From Octopus vulgaris (Eukaryota): a stretch of DNA of 64,000 bases. Both the position numbers and the translations under genes were made by a program. Of the stretch, positions 15,897 to 27,791 are shown one piece after another (position 1 is the stretch's first letter; each line of letters opens with the position of its first letter). The notes below the pieces were generated by a model. It worked only from the letters and a program-made list of their open reading frames with translations. It was not told the origin of the DNA and searched no databases. The DNA lies in NCBI GenBank assembly GCA_951406725.2, contig OX597826.1:58218001-58282000 (forward strand), given 5' to 3'.

Positions 15897-15984
<88 letters not shown>

Positions 15985-16515
15985 GTATATGTATATATAT
16001 ACGTATGTATGTCAAGGGCTGGTGACCTTGAAGTGTGCGTGTGTGGATGATGGTGTGGGTATAGGTGGGGTATGTGGGTTAGGCTGAGGGTGGGTTATTA
16101 AGAGTGGGTGTAAGGGATGGGGTGGGGTGGGATGGAGTGGATAGGGAAGGTGGGGTTGGATTGTGTAGGGGTGGAGTTACGAGGGAGGGATGACGATGAA
16201 GGAAGAAGGAGAAGGGAGAAGGAGAGTAGGAGTCGGAGCAAGAGAGGAGAGGTGGGTGGGAGGAAGTAGGTGTGTGAGAGAGAGAGAGGAGAGGGGAAGA
16301 GGTTAGATGAAGAGGGGAGAAGAGTTGAGTCCATGTGACGCAAAGGAGCGAAGAGAGATTAATCCCTGTTCGCGGCGAAAACGGGAGTTCGGATGGCACC
16401 TGTGCAAGGACAATCCAAACACAGACAGGTGTTGCAAAGAGTGACCGGTAGAGCGGAAATGGCGCGAGACCGGGATGTCATTGCCGAGTCAGATGTATAT
16501 AATTATATATGTGTA

Positions 16516-16556
<41 letters not shown>

Positions 16557-16562
<6 letters not shown>

Positions 16563-16962
16563 TAGTTATCGCCATACTAATATGGCATTCTTATAAAAAT
16601 AAGAATAAAGCTGTCCGCTTATTAGCTCCATGAGGCCATCGCCTTAAGTTAGCTATTTGATACACAAACTGTATCCATATAACCTTCGAACTAGGTAAAT
16701 AAAACCATCGAACAGAGATTGTCGGAAGCGACACCTACTGGCAGGCTACGCTGCATTGAAAAGGGGCAATACCCCGAAACGCGTCTGTAGCTGCCGGTCA
16801 AGTAGTGTGGAGCGACTGACCTCCCTTGTTCGAAGGTTATATGGATACAGTTTGTGTATCAAATAGCTAACTTAAGGCGATGGCCTCATGGAGCTAATAA
16901 GCGGACAGCTTTATTCTTATTTTTATAAGAATGCCATATTAGTATGGCGATAACTATTATTT
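16557..16962. mobile_element. Perfect 135-bp inverted repeat (16557-16691 / 16828-16962) with a 136-bp spacer; Penelope-like inverted pLTR structure
   Basis: Arms read as exact reverse complements. The spacer contains a hammerhead motif. (TA)n lies directly 5' and ~60 bp 3'. Confidence 0.8.
16750..16791 (+). ncRNA. Minimal type I hammerhead ribozyme, U3-A8 core variant
   Basis: GCTGCA (stem I) TTGAAAA (core) GGGG-CAATA-CCCC (stem II) GAAA CGCG TC TGTAGC (stem I'). Palindromic ACGCGT stem III. Predicted GUC cleavage after 16785. Confidence 0.75.
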
Positions 16963-17020
16963 TCCGGGAACGCTGCCGCTGTTCTCTTTTAGAGAGACTT
17001 AGTAATTTTAATATTTCTAT

Positions 17021-17059
<39 letters not shown>

Positions 17060-17259
17060 GTATATAAGTATATATATATATGTGTGTGTGTGTAAATATA
17101 TATATATATGCATATATATATATATATACATATATATATATGTATATAAGTATATATATATATATGTGTGTGTAAATATATATATATATATGCATATATA
17201 TATATATACATATACATATACATATATATACATATATATATATACATATGCATATACAT

Positions 17260-17306
<47 letters not shown>

Positions 17307-17859
17307 TACGTATATATAAAAAATACAAAATGGGTCAAGAACGCAAAACATCCAGACAATTAGGTGATACAAAAAAGGGACAACAAAACATCCAGATAGA
17401 CGATACAAAGAAAACAAGGACGGGTCATTCGGAGTTTTCTTTCCTCAGTCCAGTTCCAAATTATCTTTGCAATTTCGTCTGGTTATATTCGAGATTGCTT
17501 CAATCTGGCCAGCCCCAAGGAAAAACTAAGCTAAGAGCATTAGATTCCTTGGAAGAAAGCAGCGAATGTATACGAAAACAAGGACGGAAAAATAAACGGA
17601 GAAGGTTACACAAATACAAAAAACAGGTGTCTTTCGACTAAGGACGAATTAAATTAAGTTGGCGTGTGTGGAAATAAAGTCTTACGGCAGGGATACAAGA
17701 ATTAAGGAGGGGCGAGAAAAAGTGACAGGGACACAGTGAAGTGAAAAGAGGACGGAAAGTGAGCGAGAAGAGAAGGCAGGGAAATATGAGAGAGAGCAAA
17801 CGAAAGAACGATGAGTAGAATGAACGAAAAGCGTGAAAGGGCTGATAGAAAGAAAGAAT

Positions 17860-18320
17860 AAGGCGCGTTGGTAGAAAAATTAGCACGCCGGGCAAAATGC
17901 GTAGCGGTATTTCTTCTGCCGTTACGTTCTGCGTTCAAATTCTGCCGAGGTCGACTTTGCCTTTTATCCTTTCGGGCTCGATTAAATAAGTACCAGTTAC
18001 GCACTGGGGTCGATATAATCGACTTAATCCGTTTGTCTGTCCTTGTTTGTCCTCTCTGTGTTTATCCCCTTGCGGGTAGTAAAGAAATGCGTAGCCCTAT
18101 TTCGTCTGCCGTTACGTTGTGAGTTCAAATTCCGCCGAGGTCGACTTTGCCTTTCATCCTTCCGGGGTCGATAAATTAAGTACCAGTTACGCACTGGGGT
18201 CGATGTAATCGACTTAATCCGTTTGTCTGTCCTTCTTTGTCCTCTCTCTGTGTCTAGCCCCTTGTGGATAGTAAGGAAATAGGTATTTCATCTGCCGCTA
18301 CTTTCTGAGTTCGATTTCCC
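17860..18320 (+). mobile_element. Head-to-tail SINE-A multimer (17860-18088, 18089-18281, partial 18282-18320)
   Basis: The second and third units lack the first ~40-45 nt and follow directly on the ..GAAAT(A) tail end. Confidence 0.85.
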
Positions 18321-18529
18321 TTTATTTACAGTATTTTTTGTTTTTGTGAATGGTGTTTCTGTGGTTTGTTTCGTTCTCAAATCAAACTCTTGCATATTAA
18401 TGAGAATATATTGGTTGCAGGTAAATTACGATATAAAATGACGCGATGTCATAGGTGTAAGACCTTTCAAGAGCAGAGCTGTCCTACGTCTAAATAACCA
18501 CAAAAACAGTCAAAATTATTATTAGACAC

Positions 18530-18940
18530 GTCTGTGTGGTTAAGAATCTCACTTTGCAACTGCGTGATTTCAGGTTCAGTCCCAGTGCACAGCATCTGGG
18601 GATGGCGTCTTCTATTGCTTCCGGGTCATCAATGCTTCGTGAGCGAATATGGTTAACGGTAACTGTGCGGCCAGCTCATCGTAAATATATGCATATGTGT
18701 GTGTGTATGTATATATATGTGTATGTTTGTGTTTGTGCCCGACACCGCTTGACAACCGGTGTTAGTTTACATCTCTGTAACGTTGCGGTTCGGTAAAAGA
18801 TACTGACAGAATAAGTATCAGATTTTCAAAAAATAAATAAATAAATAAATAAGTACTAGACTCGCTTTGTTTGGCAACCCTTGGAGTCAGTGTCCCAACA
18901 TGACCACAGTCCACTGACAAAAACAAAGAAATAGAAAAAA
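18530..18940 (+). mobile_element. SINE family B, degenerate full copy
   Basis: Head TGTGTGGTTAAGAA..GGTTCAGTCCCA, internal TA/TG tract, GCTTGACAACCGG..AGAATAAGTA, tail CCAACATGACCACAGTC. Confidence 0.7.
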
Positions 18941-20037
18941 AAATTCATGACGACAGCAATTGAAATCGAAACAGTAAGGAACTCATAAGATATCTGGGAG
19001 AAAAAGTTACATAATCTCACGCTATTCCCGGGCCCTGCAGTAAATGAACCCCGCTCTCTTCAAGTAGAACTTCTATCTGATATCTTTGTTGACCTCGTAT
19101 TTGATAGTAAAATCCGTCACATTGATTGGTTTGGTGTTGGCCTTCATCGACCCCGCCTCCCCTGGATTTGCTTTGGGCACACCGAACGAATAAGGTCTGA
19201 CCACTGTGAGTGTTCTTATTTTTTTTCTCTTGATTATGGTTGACACGTCGTCACTAGAGGTCTTCGAACTCGATCTCACTCCTGAAAACGAAGGACCCAG
19301 TCACATTCGAGAAACTGGTGATCTGCGATCTTCTCATGTCGTTGTGGTTGGCGCGGACGGAACCACAAGCTCGGAGTACTAATTTTCTTCCATAATGATG
19401 CTGTTAATGGATCTGAAAGAGAATTGAGAAAGTTCAAATTTGGCGCACACCAAGTTGACATTTGTCACGTAAGGGGGGCGACGAGGACCAACACCAAACC
19501 AAGAGATCAGATAAAAGTTCTACTTGATAAGGAGAGGGGTGGATTCATTTAATGCAAGAACAGGGAATACATATTTCTTTACTACCCACAAGGGGCTAAA
19601 CACAGAGAGGACAAACAAGGACAGACAAACGGATTAAATCGATTATATTGACACGAGTGCGTAACTGGTACTTATTTAATCGACCCCGAAAGGATGAAAG
19701 GCAAAGTCGATCTCGGCGGAATTTGATCTCAGAACGTAACGACAGACGAAATACGGCTACGCATTTCGCCCGGCGTGCTAACGTTTCTGCCAGCTCGCCG
19801 CCTTCAGAACAGGGAATACCGCGTGATTATGTAACTTGTTCTCCCAGATATCATGTGACTTCCTCACTGTTTCGATTTCAGTTGCTGTCGTCCTGAAAAC
19901 TTTTTTTTTCTATTTTCTTATTGCTGTCAGTGGACTGTGGTCAAGTTTGGACACTGCCTCCAAGGGTTTAGTCGAACAAAGCGACCCTAGTACCTTTTTT
20001 TTTTTTTTTGAAAATCTGGTACTTATTCTATTAGTCT
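18800..20037. repeat. Diverged inverted duplication: arms ~18800-19085 and ~19504-20037 (right arm interrupted by SINE-A)
   Basis: For example CAAGTAGAACTT..ATCTGAT / ATCAGAT..AAGTTCTACTTG, GACGACAGCAATTGAAATCGAAACAGT / ACTGTTTCGATTTCAGTTGCTGTCGTC, and GACCACAGTCCACTGACA / TGTCAGTGGACTGTGGTC. Confidence 0.8.
19571..19804 (-). mobile_element. SINE family A, tail type 1, full length with 14-bp TSD
   Basis: TSD AGAACAGGGAATAC at 19557-19570 and 19806-19819. Confidence 0.92.
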
Positions 20038-21281
20038 CCTACTTAACTTATGTTAAGTCATCTTCGATTGATGACCTGCGAAATAAATATTTCTACACAA
20101 ATATTTGGCGCACCCGTTGTTTCACATACACTAGCGACCATACACACACCCAAACCCCCAGCCCTACATTTATAAACACTCACTCACACACACTCACACA
20201 CACTCATGCACAAATACAAACACACACATTCATCTTTGTATGCATGTGTATGTATAGATATCCTTTCATATATATATGTAAATGCATTATATATATAAAT
20301 GTACATATATAGGTGTATGTATACGCATGTATATCTACACATATATATGTATGTATACGTATATATATATATGTGTATATGTGTATGTATATATATACTC
20401 TCATATATATGTATTATATATATGTACACATATGTATGTATATGTGTGTATATTATATATATGTATATGTGTGTATATTATATATATATATATATATTCA
20501 TATATACATATATATATACATACATACACACATCAATTGTAAACTCGTCCGCTCCGTCACTGAGCATCGTTTCCTAACAACGCCCCACCCCCCAAATATG
20601 CCCTCTCGCTGAACACGCTCCCCCCCCCCCGATTTTCCGTACTCCCTGTATTCTACCTTCCCCAATTACATCTTTCTCTCTCTTCCCTTCTCTCTCTCCT
20701 TCTCTCTTCTTCTCTCTCCCTCTCCCCTCTCTCTTTCTTATTCCGCTCATGCATTCATATTCCCATCGTTCTCTCTACTACCACCATTCATTCCCCTATC
20801 TTATTATCTCGACCTCTCTTCCTCGCCATCTTGTCCCCCACCCTACTCTCTCACTCTCTCTTCCTCTTTCTCTCTTTCTCTCTCTCTCTCTCATACTGCT
20901 ATTGGCTGCATCATCGCCGTTCAGTGTCAGCATGGATGACGTGTCATCACCAATTTCCTAGGCCATCTCTGACCATCCGTGCTATTTTCAACAGCACACC
21001 ACAATCACCACCCCCACCCCCCCCCCCACCAGTACCACCACCGCCACAACCATTCTATTTGTTATTCATGCACTTTCTCCTCCTCCTCCTCCTCCTTCCC
21101 CTCCTCCTCACCTCCTCACTTCCACATTCGCCACTCCTTACACAACACCCCCACGTCATCTAACCTTCCCCCATCAGACTCACCTTCTTGTTGTTATTGG
21201 TATGGTTGGTGGTAATGGTGTGGGTGGTGGTCGTTGCAGTGACTTTTGCTTCAGACTCTAAGCTTGCTTTTCTATCAGTCA

Positions 21282-21315
<34 letters not shown>

Positions 21316-21372
21316 TCCTTCCATCTCTGCGCCAGCTATACTTTAATTTATCTATCTATCCATCCATCCATA

Positions 21373-21404
<32 letters not shown>

Positions 21405-21519
21405 CATCCATCTATCCATCCATCCATCTATCTATCCATCTATCTATCTATCTATCCATCCATCCATCTATCTATCTATCCATCCATCCATCCATCCATC
21501 CATCCATCCATCTATCTAT

Positions 21520-21617
<98 letters not shown>

Positions 21618-21780
21618 GTCTGTCTTCCAGCTGTCTTCCAGCTGCCTTCTTATCTGTCTCAGTCGGTCTCGCGGTCCTATTATATGCCTATCCGCCTTAC
21701 TCTTTGTCTATCTATCCGTTCGTAACCCCTTCTTATCTCTCTTTCTCTCTCACTCTCTCACTCTCTCACTCACTCATTCA

Positions 21781-21873
<93 letters not shown>

Positions 21874-22134
21874 CCTATGTTTTCTTTTACTTATCACTGT
21901 CTCTATAACTCTGCTTGCTCCACCATGTCTCTACCTATCCTATCTGTCCAGCAGCTTTCTGAACTAAACTATCACTCTGTCTGCCTGCCTGTCTGCCTGC
22001 CTGCCTGTCTGCCTGCCTGCCTGTCTGTCTGTCCGCCTGCCTGCTTGTCTGACTGTCTGTCTGTCTGTCTGTCTGTCCCATTGCCTATTTATTTATCTGG
22101 CACTGTGACGCCCTATCTTATCTATTCTATTCTG

Positions 22135-22178
<44 letters not shown>

Positions 22179-22407
22179 ATCTATATATATATATATATAT
22201 ATATAGATAGATATATCGTTCTATGACGTCCTCTACCCATATATGCATGTGCATATACATATATATGTAAGTATGTACATAGAAGTATGTATACATGCAC
22301 ATATATGTATATATATGTATATATATTTATATTATTATATATACAAAGGCCTACCTCTCTGCTTAGGACTAGTCCGCTATTCTTTAATTTGGTTTTGTTC
22401 TTGTCTG

Positions 22408-22439
<32 letters not shown>

Positions 22440-22817
22440 AGGGGGGTTGAAGGCGCGCGCGCGTGTGTGTGTGTGTGTGTGTGGTGTGCGTATGTGTACG
22501 TATATGTGCCTCTTTCAATCTTATCTCTCTGACCATTACTCTTTATCCCTGTTTGTGTGGGTATTTAAATCTTCATCTCACCCTCTTTCTCTCACCCACC
22601 ATACACAAAACACTCTTTCCTTTTCCCTTCTTTCTTTACTTCTTTATTCATTTCTTTCATTCTTTTTTTGTTATTCATTCTTTCTTTCTTTCTTTCTTTC
22701 TTTCCTTTTCTCCCTCTCGGCAATGACACCAGTCAAAACGAGGTGTTGACGTGCCGTAACTAAAATCCGTTTGACCATGTGACACACACGCGAACTTAGC
22801 TAAATCAGGCAAATAAT

Positions 22818-22851
<34 letters not shown>

Positions 22852-22858
22852 ATATGTT

Positions 22859-22891
<33 letters not shown>

Positions 22892-22902
22892 GTATGTATA
22901 TG

Positions 22903-22936
<34 letters not shown>

Positions 22937-22990
22937 TATGTATGTATGTATGTATGTATGTTTGTATCTATGCATGTATGTATATGTAAG

Positions 22991-23066
<76 letters not shown>

Positions 23067-23589
23067 CAGATGTGTGTGTGTGTATCTGTGTGCGTGGTGG
23101 AGTAATAGCGAAAGAGATGATACAAAATCCAAATAAACAAACGAAAACTCAAAGACAAACCAATGTTGTAAACAAAGGTGCGCGAGGTTAGAATGGGGTG
23201 AAACATTGTTTCAGGCGAAATATAAGGAATAAGAGATGGAAGGAGTGGGTTTTGTAGTGCGTGCGTGTGCATGTGCATGTGTATGTGCGTATGTGTCTGT
23301 GTCTGCATCAATGTGTGTGTGAATGAGAGTGAGAGAGAGAACGAGAGACGCATAACAACATTTTATAGACAGGTATATATACATATATACTGTATATCAT
23401 GCTTTATTACATGTCAAATTTTTGTTGATATTTTGACTATTATATATTGTATAAACGTGAAACTCGGTCCACTGAAAGATTTTTGGTATGTACGTACGCA
23501 GTGAACAACTATATTGATAAGATACATGCAAAGTTATGTTAAGTTATGTATTTTGAAGTGCTTTCGACTGTGCCACACTTTATTGCACG

Positions 23590-24025
23590 TATATGAAAAT
23601 GTCCCTGAAACGACGTCTGATAGCTACAGAGAAGATGCGGATTGTTGCAGGTCTCGCAGAACGCTCATCTGTGGGAGAATTAGCCCAAGAGCTTGGTCGG
23701 GATACAAGGATATTGAAGGCAAGTTAAAGGTACGAGAAGAAGTATATCCCAGTGTGACATCCAAAGAATAAGTAGACAAGTACGAAAAGACCTCGGTAGC
23801 ACAAGTGCTGCCATATTTGAAGGTGCCGGAGTTGCTTCTTTGTCTAGAACCATCCGGTGTAGGATCCTTAAAGTGACGGCCAGAAGTGTTAAGTGCATCG
23901 TTAGACCTATCCCAAGCAAGAACCACAAGGAGAAGCGTATTTATTGGGCACAGAAGTACATGGAGATCAATTTCCAAGATGATCCCCTCTTTACGGATGA
24001 GGCCAGAACTACAGATTATGGCCGG
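23590..24025 (+). pseudogene. Tc1-like transposase remnant (N-terminal HTH region to the first catalytic D)
   Basis: Frame-broken peptides EKMRIVAGLAERSSVGELAQELGRDTR and STSAAIFEGAGVASLSRTIRCRILK..RPIPSKNHKEKRIYWAQKYMEINFQDDPLFTDEAR, resembling Tc1 'KRLxWAxxY..VLFTDE'. Confidence 0.75.
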
Positions 24026-24114
24026 CAGATACCAGTTCACTGTAGGTAGCCGCCCCCAGCTTCCACTACGTCTTGTGAACGTGGTCGAAGCTGAGCTAGA
24101 TCTTCGAACACGTG

Positions 24115-24294
24115 TTCTTCTTTATCCTTTAACTTGTTTCAGTCATGTGACTGCAACCATACTGGAGCACCGCCTTAAAGTGGTTTAGTCGAAGAAATCG
24201 ATCCTCGGACTTATTCTGTCGGACTCTTTTACCGAACCACTAAGTTACGGGGCACAAATACACCAACACCGGTTGCCCAGGCGGTGGATGGAGG

Positions 24295-24334
<40 letters not shown>

Positions 24335-24522
24335 GCACACACACACACGTATATATGACAGGCGTATTTGAATTTCCGTCCTACCAAATCCACTCACATA
24401 GTTTTGGCTTGGCCGAGGCTATAGTAGAAGACACTTGCCCAAGGTGCCACGCAGCGGGACATGAACCCGGAACCATGTGATTGGGAAGCAAGATTCTTTC
24501 CATATAGTCACGCCTTGGCCTA
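24115..24522 (-). mobile_element. SINE family B, full length, internal (CA)n
   Basis: Reverse complement of the 33186-33563 organisation. Confidence 0.88.
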
Positions 24523-24591
24523 TGATATGTGAGTGTGTGTGAAGGTTTGTTTTACCGGCAAGTCAAATACATTTTATTTACTATTTAGTAC

Positions 24592-24978
24592 TGGATGGAA
24601 GCACTCCGTCGGTTCCGACGACGAGGGTTTCGGTTGATCCGATCAACGGAACAGCCTGCTCGTGAAATTAACGTGTAAGTGGCTGAGCACTCCACAGACA
24701 CGTGTACCCTTAACGTAGTTCTCGGGGATATTCAGCGTGACACAGAGAGTGCCAAGGCCGGCCCTTTGAAATACAGGTACAACAGAAACAGGAAGTAAGA
24801 GTGAGAGAAAGTTGTGGTGAAAGAGTACAGCAGGGATCACCACCATCCCTGCCGGATCCTCGTGGAGCTTTAGGTGTTTTCGCTCAATAAACACTCACAA
24901 CGCCCGGTCTGGGAATCGAAACTGCGATCCTACGACCGCGAGTCCGCTGCCCTAATCACTGGGCCATTGCGCCTCCAC
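24592..24978 (-). mobile_element. SINE family C (tRNA-Arg(TCG)-like head), full length
   Basis: Reverse complement GTGGAGGCGCAATGGCCCAGTG..GGACTCGCGGTC..TTCGATTCCC. Possible TSD TACTATTTAGTACT (24579-24592 / 24986-24999). Confidence 0.88.
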
Positions 24979-25460
24979 TACTTAGTACTATTTAGTACTA
25001 TTTAGTAGAGTATATATTTATTTCACTTTTACTTGCTTCTTATACTTGCTTCGAGTGTCGCATATCGGTAAACCACTAATATCAAACACACGCACAAATA
25101 CATATAAACATACATAAACACACGCACATACACACATAAGCGAACGCACACACACACATTGTGCATCAGAAGTCGTTCTGGCTCTTTCTTCCTCGCAGCA
25201 TCAAATAATTCATATTTTATATGAACATTCACGGAGCACTTATCGGGGAAATAACTCGCTGCGACTAATTATGATGTACCCCATAGTGTTTACATGTCCT
25301 GTTAATGAGTATGTACACGTACACTCTTTCATATATAAGCATTTATGGCTAATGCATCTATCTATCTGTCTATCTGTCAATCTATCATTCTGTCTGTCTG
25401 TCTATCTGTCAGTCAGTCTGTTTGTCTGACTGTCAGACAGTCAGTGAGTCAGTCTATCTA

Positions 25461-25578
25461 TTTCTTTATTACTCACAAGGGGCTAAACATAGAGGGGACA
25501 AACAAGGCCAGACATAGGTATTAAGTCGATTACATCGACCCCAGTGCGTAACTGGTACTTAATTTATCGAACCCGAAA
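25461..25578 (-). mobile_element. SINE family A, 3' fragment (tail type 1)
   Basis: TTTCTTTATTACTCACAAGGGGCTAAACATAGAGGGGACAAACAAGG..CTGGTACTTAATTTATCGA. Confidence 0.85.
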
Positions 25579-25878
25579 ATACAAAACAAATGATATTGTA
25601 TAGTGTTCGAAGGATAAAGGCCACTCCCCAAAATATGTAGATTTAGATAATTGCGTGCATACGCATTTATGTTGAAGTACGAGAAGGTATAAGAATAAAC
25701 AAATAAAAGTACTTAAATTTTAGGAGAATAGAACCATCAAAAAAGGGGAAAGTATTAAAGTTTTCAATAGGAGACAGAAAAAAATGTCATGAGGTACGTG
25801 AAGAGATAAGAGAATCAGATAATAGACAGACCAAAAAGTAGCATATAATTTTAGTTTAATAGGGTCCTTTGATTTAGA

Positions 25879-26139
25879 TTAACATAGACTCGTAATTCCT
25901 TTGTAATACAGTCTAAATGTACGAAGAATCTTGTGGTTGCAATTGATAATTAGCTTATTCTGTTTGTTTAGAAATTGCTTGTCGGACAGTAAAATTTGAA
26001 TTGCTTCCTGGCCGCACAATAGACATGGTTTTCATACTCCCGTCTAACTGGTTGCAAATTTCACAATGCTCCATTGTAAGATGTAGCGAATCTTTAACAT
26101 TTTAAGTTGCCAGACGTACTCGGCTAGCGAAGTTGAATG
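25879..26139 (-). pseudogene. Penelope-like element GIY-YIG endonuclease C-terminal remnant
   Basis: Manual translation: HSTSLAEYVWQLKMLKIRYILQWSIVKFATS*TGV*KPCLLCGQEAIQILLSDKQFLNKQNKLIINCNHK. This fits the PLE pattern STxLSxYxWxLK..WSI..CxLC.EE...LNK..L...CxH. Two in-frame stops. Confidence 0.75.
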
Positions 26140-26160
26140 GGCCAATATTGGTTTTTATAG

Positions 26161-27344
26161 GGATCTTTTCATTTCCAAGGCCTGTTTTGTCAGATTTTTC
26201 TAGTTAACTAAATAATTTGAAACTTCGTATACTGGTAGAGTGTCTCAAAAGAAAACACTAGTTTCAACTTATTTATTTGAGAAAAATGTATTTTATAACT
26301 TTAAGGGTAGATTAAATCTGCGAATTTTAATCAATCGTATTGTTTGTTTTCATTTGAAATAATTAACTGCATTATCTTAGTGTGACGTAGAAAGCTATTT
26401 TGTGACGTAGACAGCTGTGCGTAGGTCTGTGTTTTGTGTGCGCGTGTGTGTGTTTGATGGGGTGTGGGAGACAGAAAGTATGTTGTGTAAGTGAAGTACT
26501 TCTGTTAGTGTGTGTGAAGAGACAGAGAGAGTAATGTGTGAAAGAGAGAGATAACTGAAATTCTTTACTCGGTGTATGTGTATATGTATGTATGCATGTA
26601 TGTGTGTGTGTGTGTATGTATCTATGTGTGTGTGTGTATGTATATGTGTGTATGTATGTGTGTGTATGTATGTATGGCCGATTCAGTGTTTACATTATTT
26701 CGAGTTAAAACGAAAGATTACCAAAAAAAATTTTGTCTATATCTTCGATTTTTGTCATTATTCCATTGAGTCAACCTCATTATTTTCTACATAGCAAAGG
26801 TAATCTTTCGTTTTAACTCGAAATAATGTAAACACTGAATCGGCCATACATACATACACACACACACATACATACACACACATACGAAAGATTGCCAAAG
26901 ATAAAAAGTTACAGAAATAAAAGTTACACGAATAAAGTAAGGAATAAAAATCACAAAAAATATACGAAAATTTACAAAAAATAAGTTAGTTATATAATAT
27001 ATAAGTTTAATATATAAGTTAGTTAATAATATATAAAAAAATGTGAACAGAAACTGAAGGAATACGGTAACCGAGTGTTTACATTTCACGTATGTTAAAT
27101 ACGTCAGCAAAATAGCCGTTTACGTCTATTGAGACGGAGTAAATAATATGAAGCCGAAAGACCGAATACCATTGGTTAAAATTCTAATTATTAAACAACG
27201 TTAAACTTTGAAATTACAATTCCGTTTTCATTCTGGTTTACAATTATGTTTTCTTTTGACACATTCTACCAGTATACAAAGTTTCAAATTGTTTGGTTAA
27301 GTAGGAAAAATCTGAAAAAACAGGCCTTGGAAATGAAAAGATCC
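26161..27344. mobile_element. Non-autonomous DNA transposon with long TIRs and an 8-bp TSD (Merlin- or Mutator-type)
   Basis: Ends GGATCTTTTCATTTCCAAGGCCTGTTTT / AAAACAGGCCTTGGAAATGAAAAGATCC. TIR is ~100 bp, with weaker similarity further inward. TSD TTTTATAG at 26153-26160 and 27345-27352. Confidence 0.85.
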
Positions 27345-27581
27345 TTTTATAGTAATATGAAGACCAGTACACGTATATACCCACTTCGCCAAAATAGCTA
27401 GCCATGTATCAAAATCTATACATTCGTGTGTGTGTATATGTATATGTATTTCACCTTGATCACCGTGACCGACTAGGCTATCAGATGTTGCTACACATCG
27501 CTGGTCACAATGCGCTTCGCATTGTTTTAGCCTTCAAATGACGCCACCCCGCTGGCTAAGCAAGCAGGCCAGTATATGTAT

Positions 27582-27634
<53 letters not shown>

Positions 27635-27759
27635 CAGGGTGATTCAAAAGTCACCATACATAGGAAAAATTTATTTTTTTATAAGAAACATTTTTTATTT
27701 AAGTGTTTCTTATTTTAAAAAATGTTTTTCCTATGTATAGTAACTTTTGAATCACCCTG
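27635..27759. mobile_element. Tc1/mariner-type MITE (125 bp)
   Basis: TIR CAGGGTGATTCAAAAG / CTTTTGAATCACCCTG. TA TSD, inside a (TA)n tract. Confidence 0.85.

Positions 27760-27791
<32 letters not shown>

Noticed and set aside
19073-19461. Two short ORFs in the inverted-duplication spacer as gag or host exons
   Set aside because: Only a faint PSLWF resemblance; no LTRs, PBS or recognisable domain.
26030-26050. In-frame TGA near the CxxC of the PLE endonuclease as possible selenocysteine
   Set aside because: A TAG lies four codons upstream, the TGA is not at a Cys position, and the fragment is decayed.
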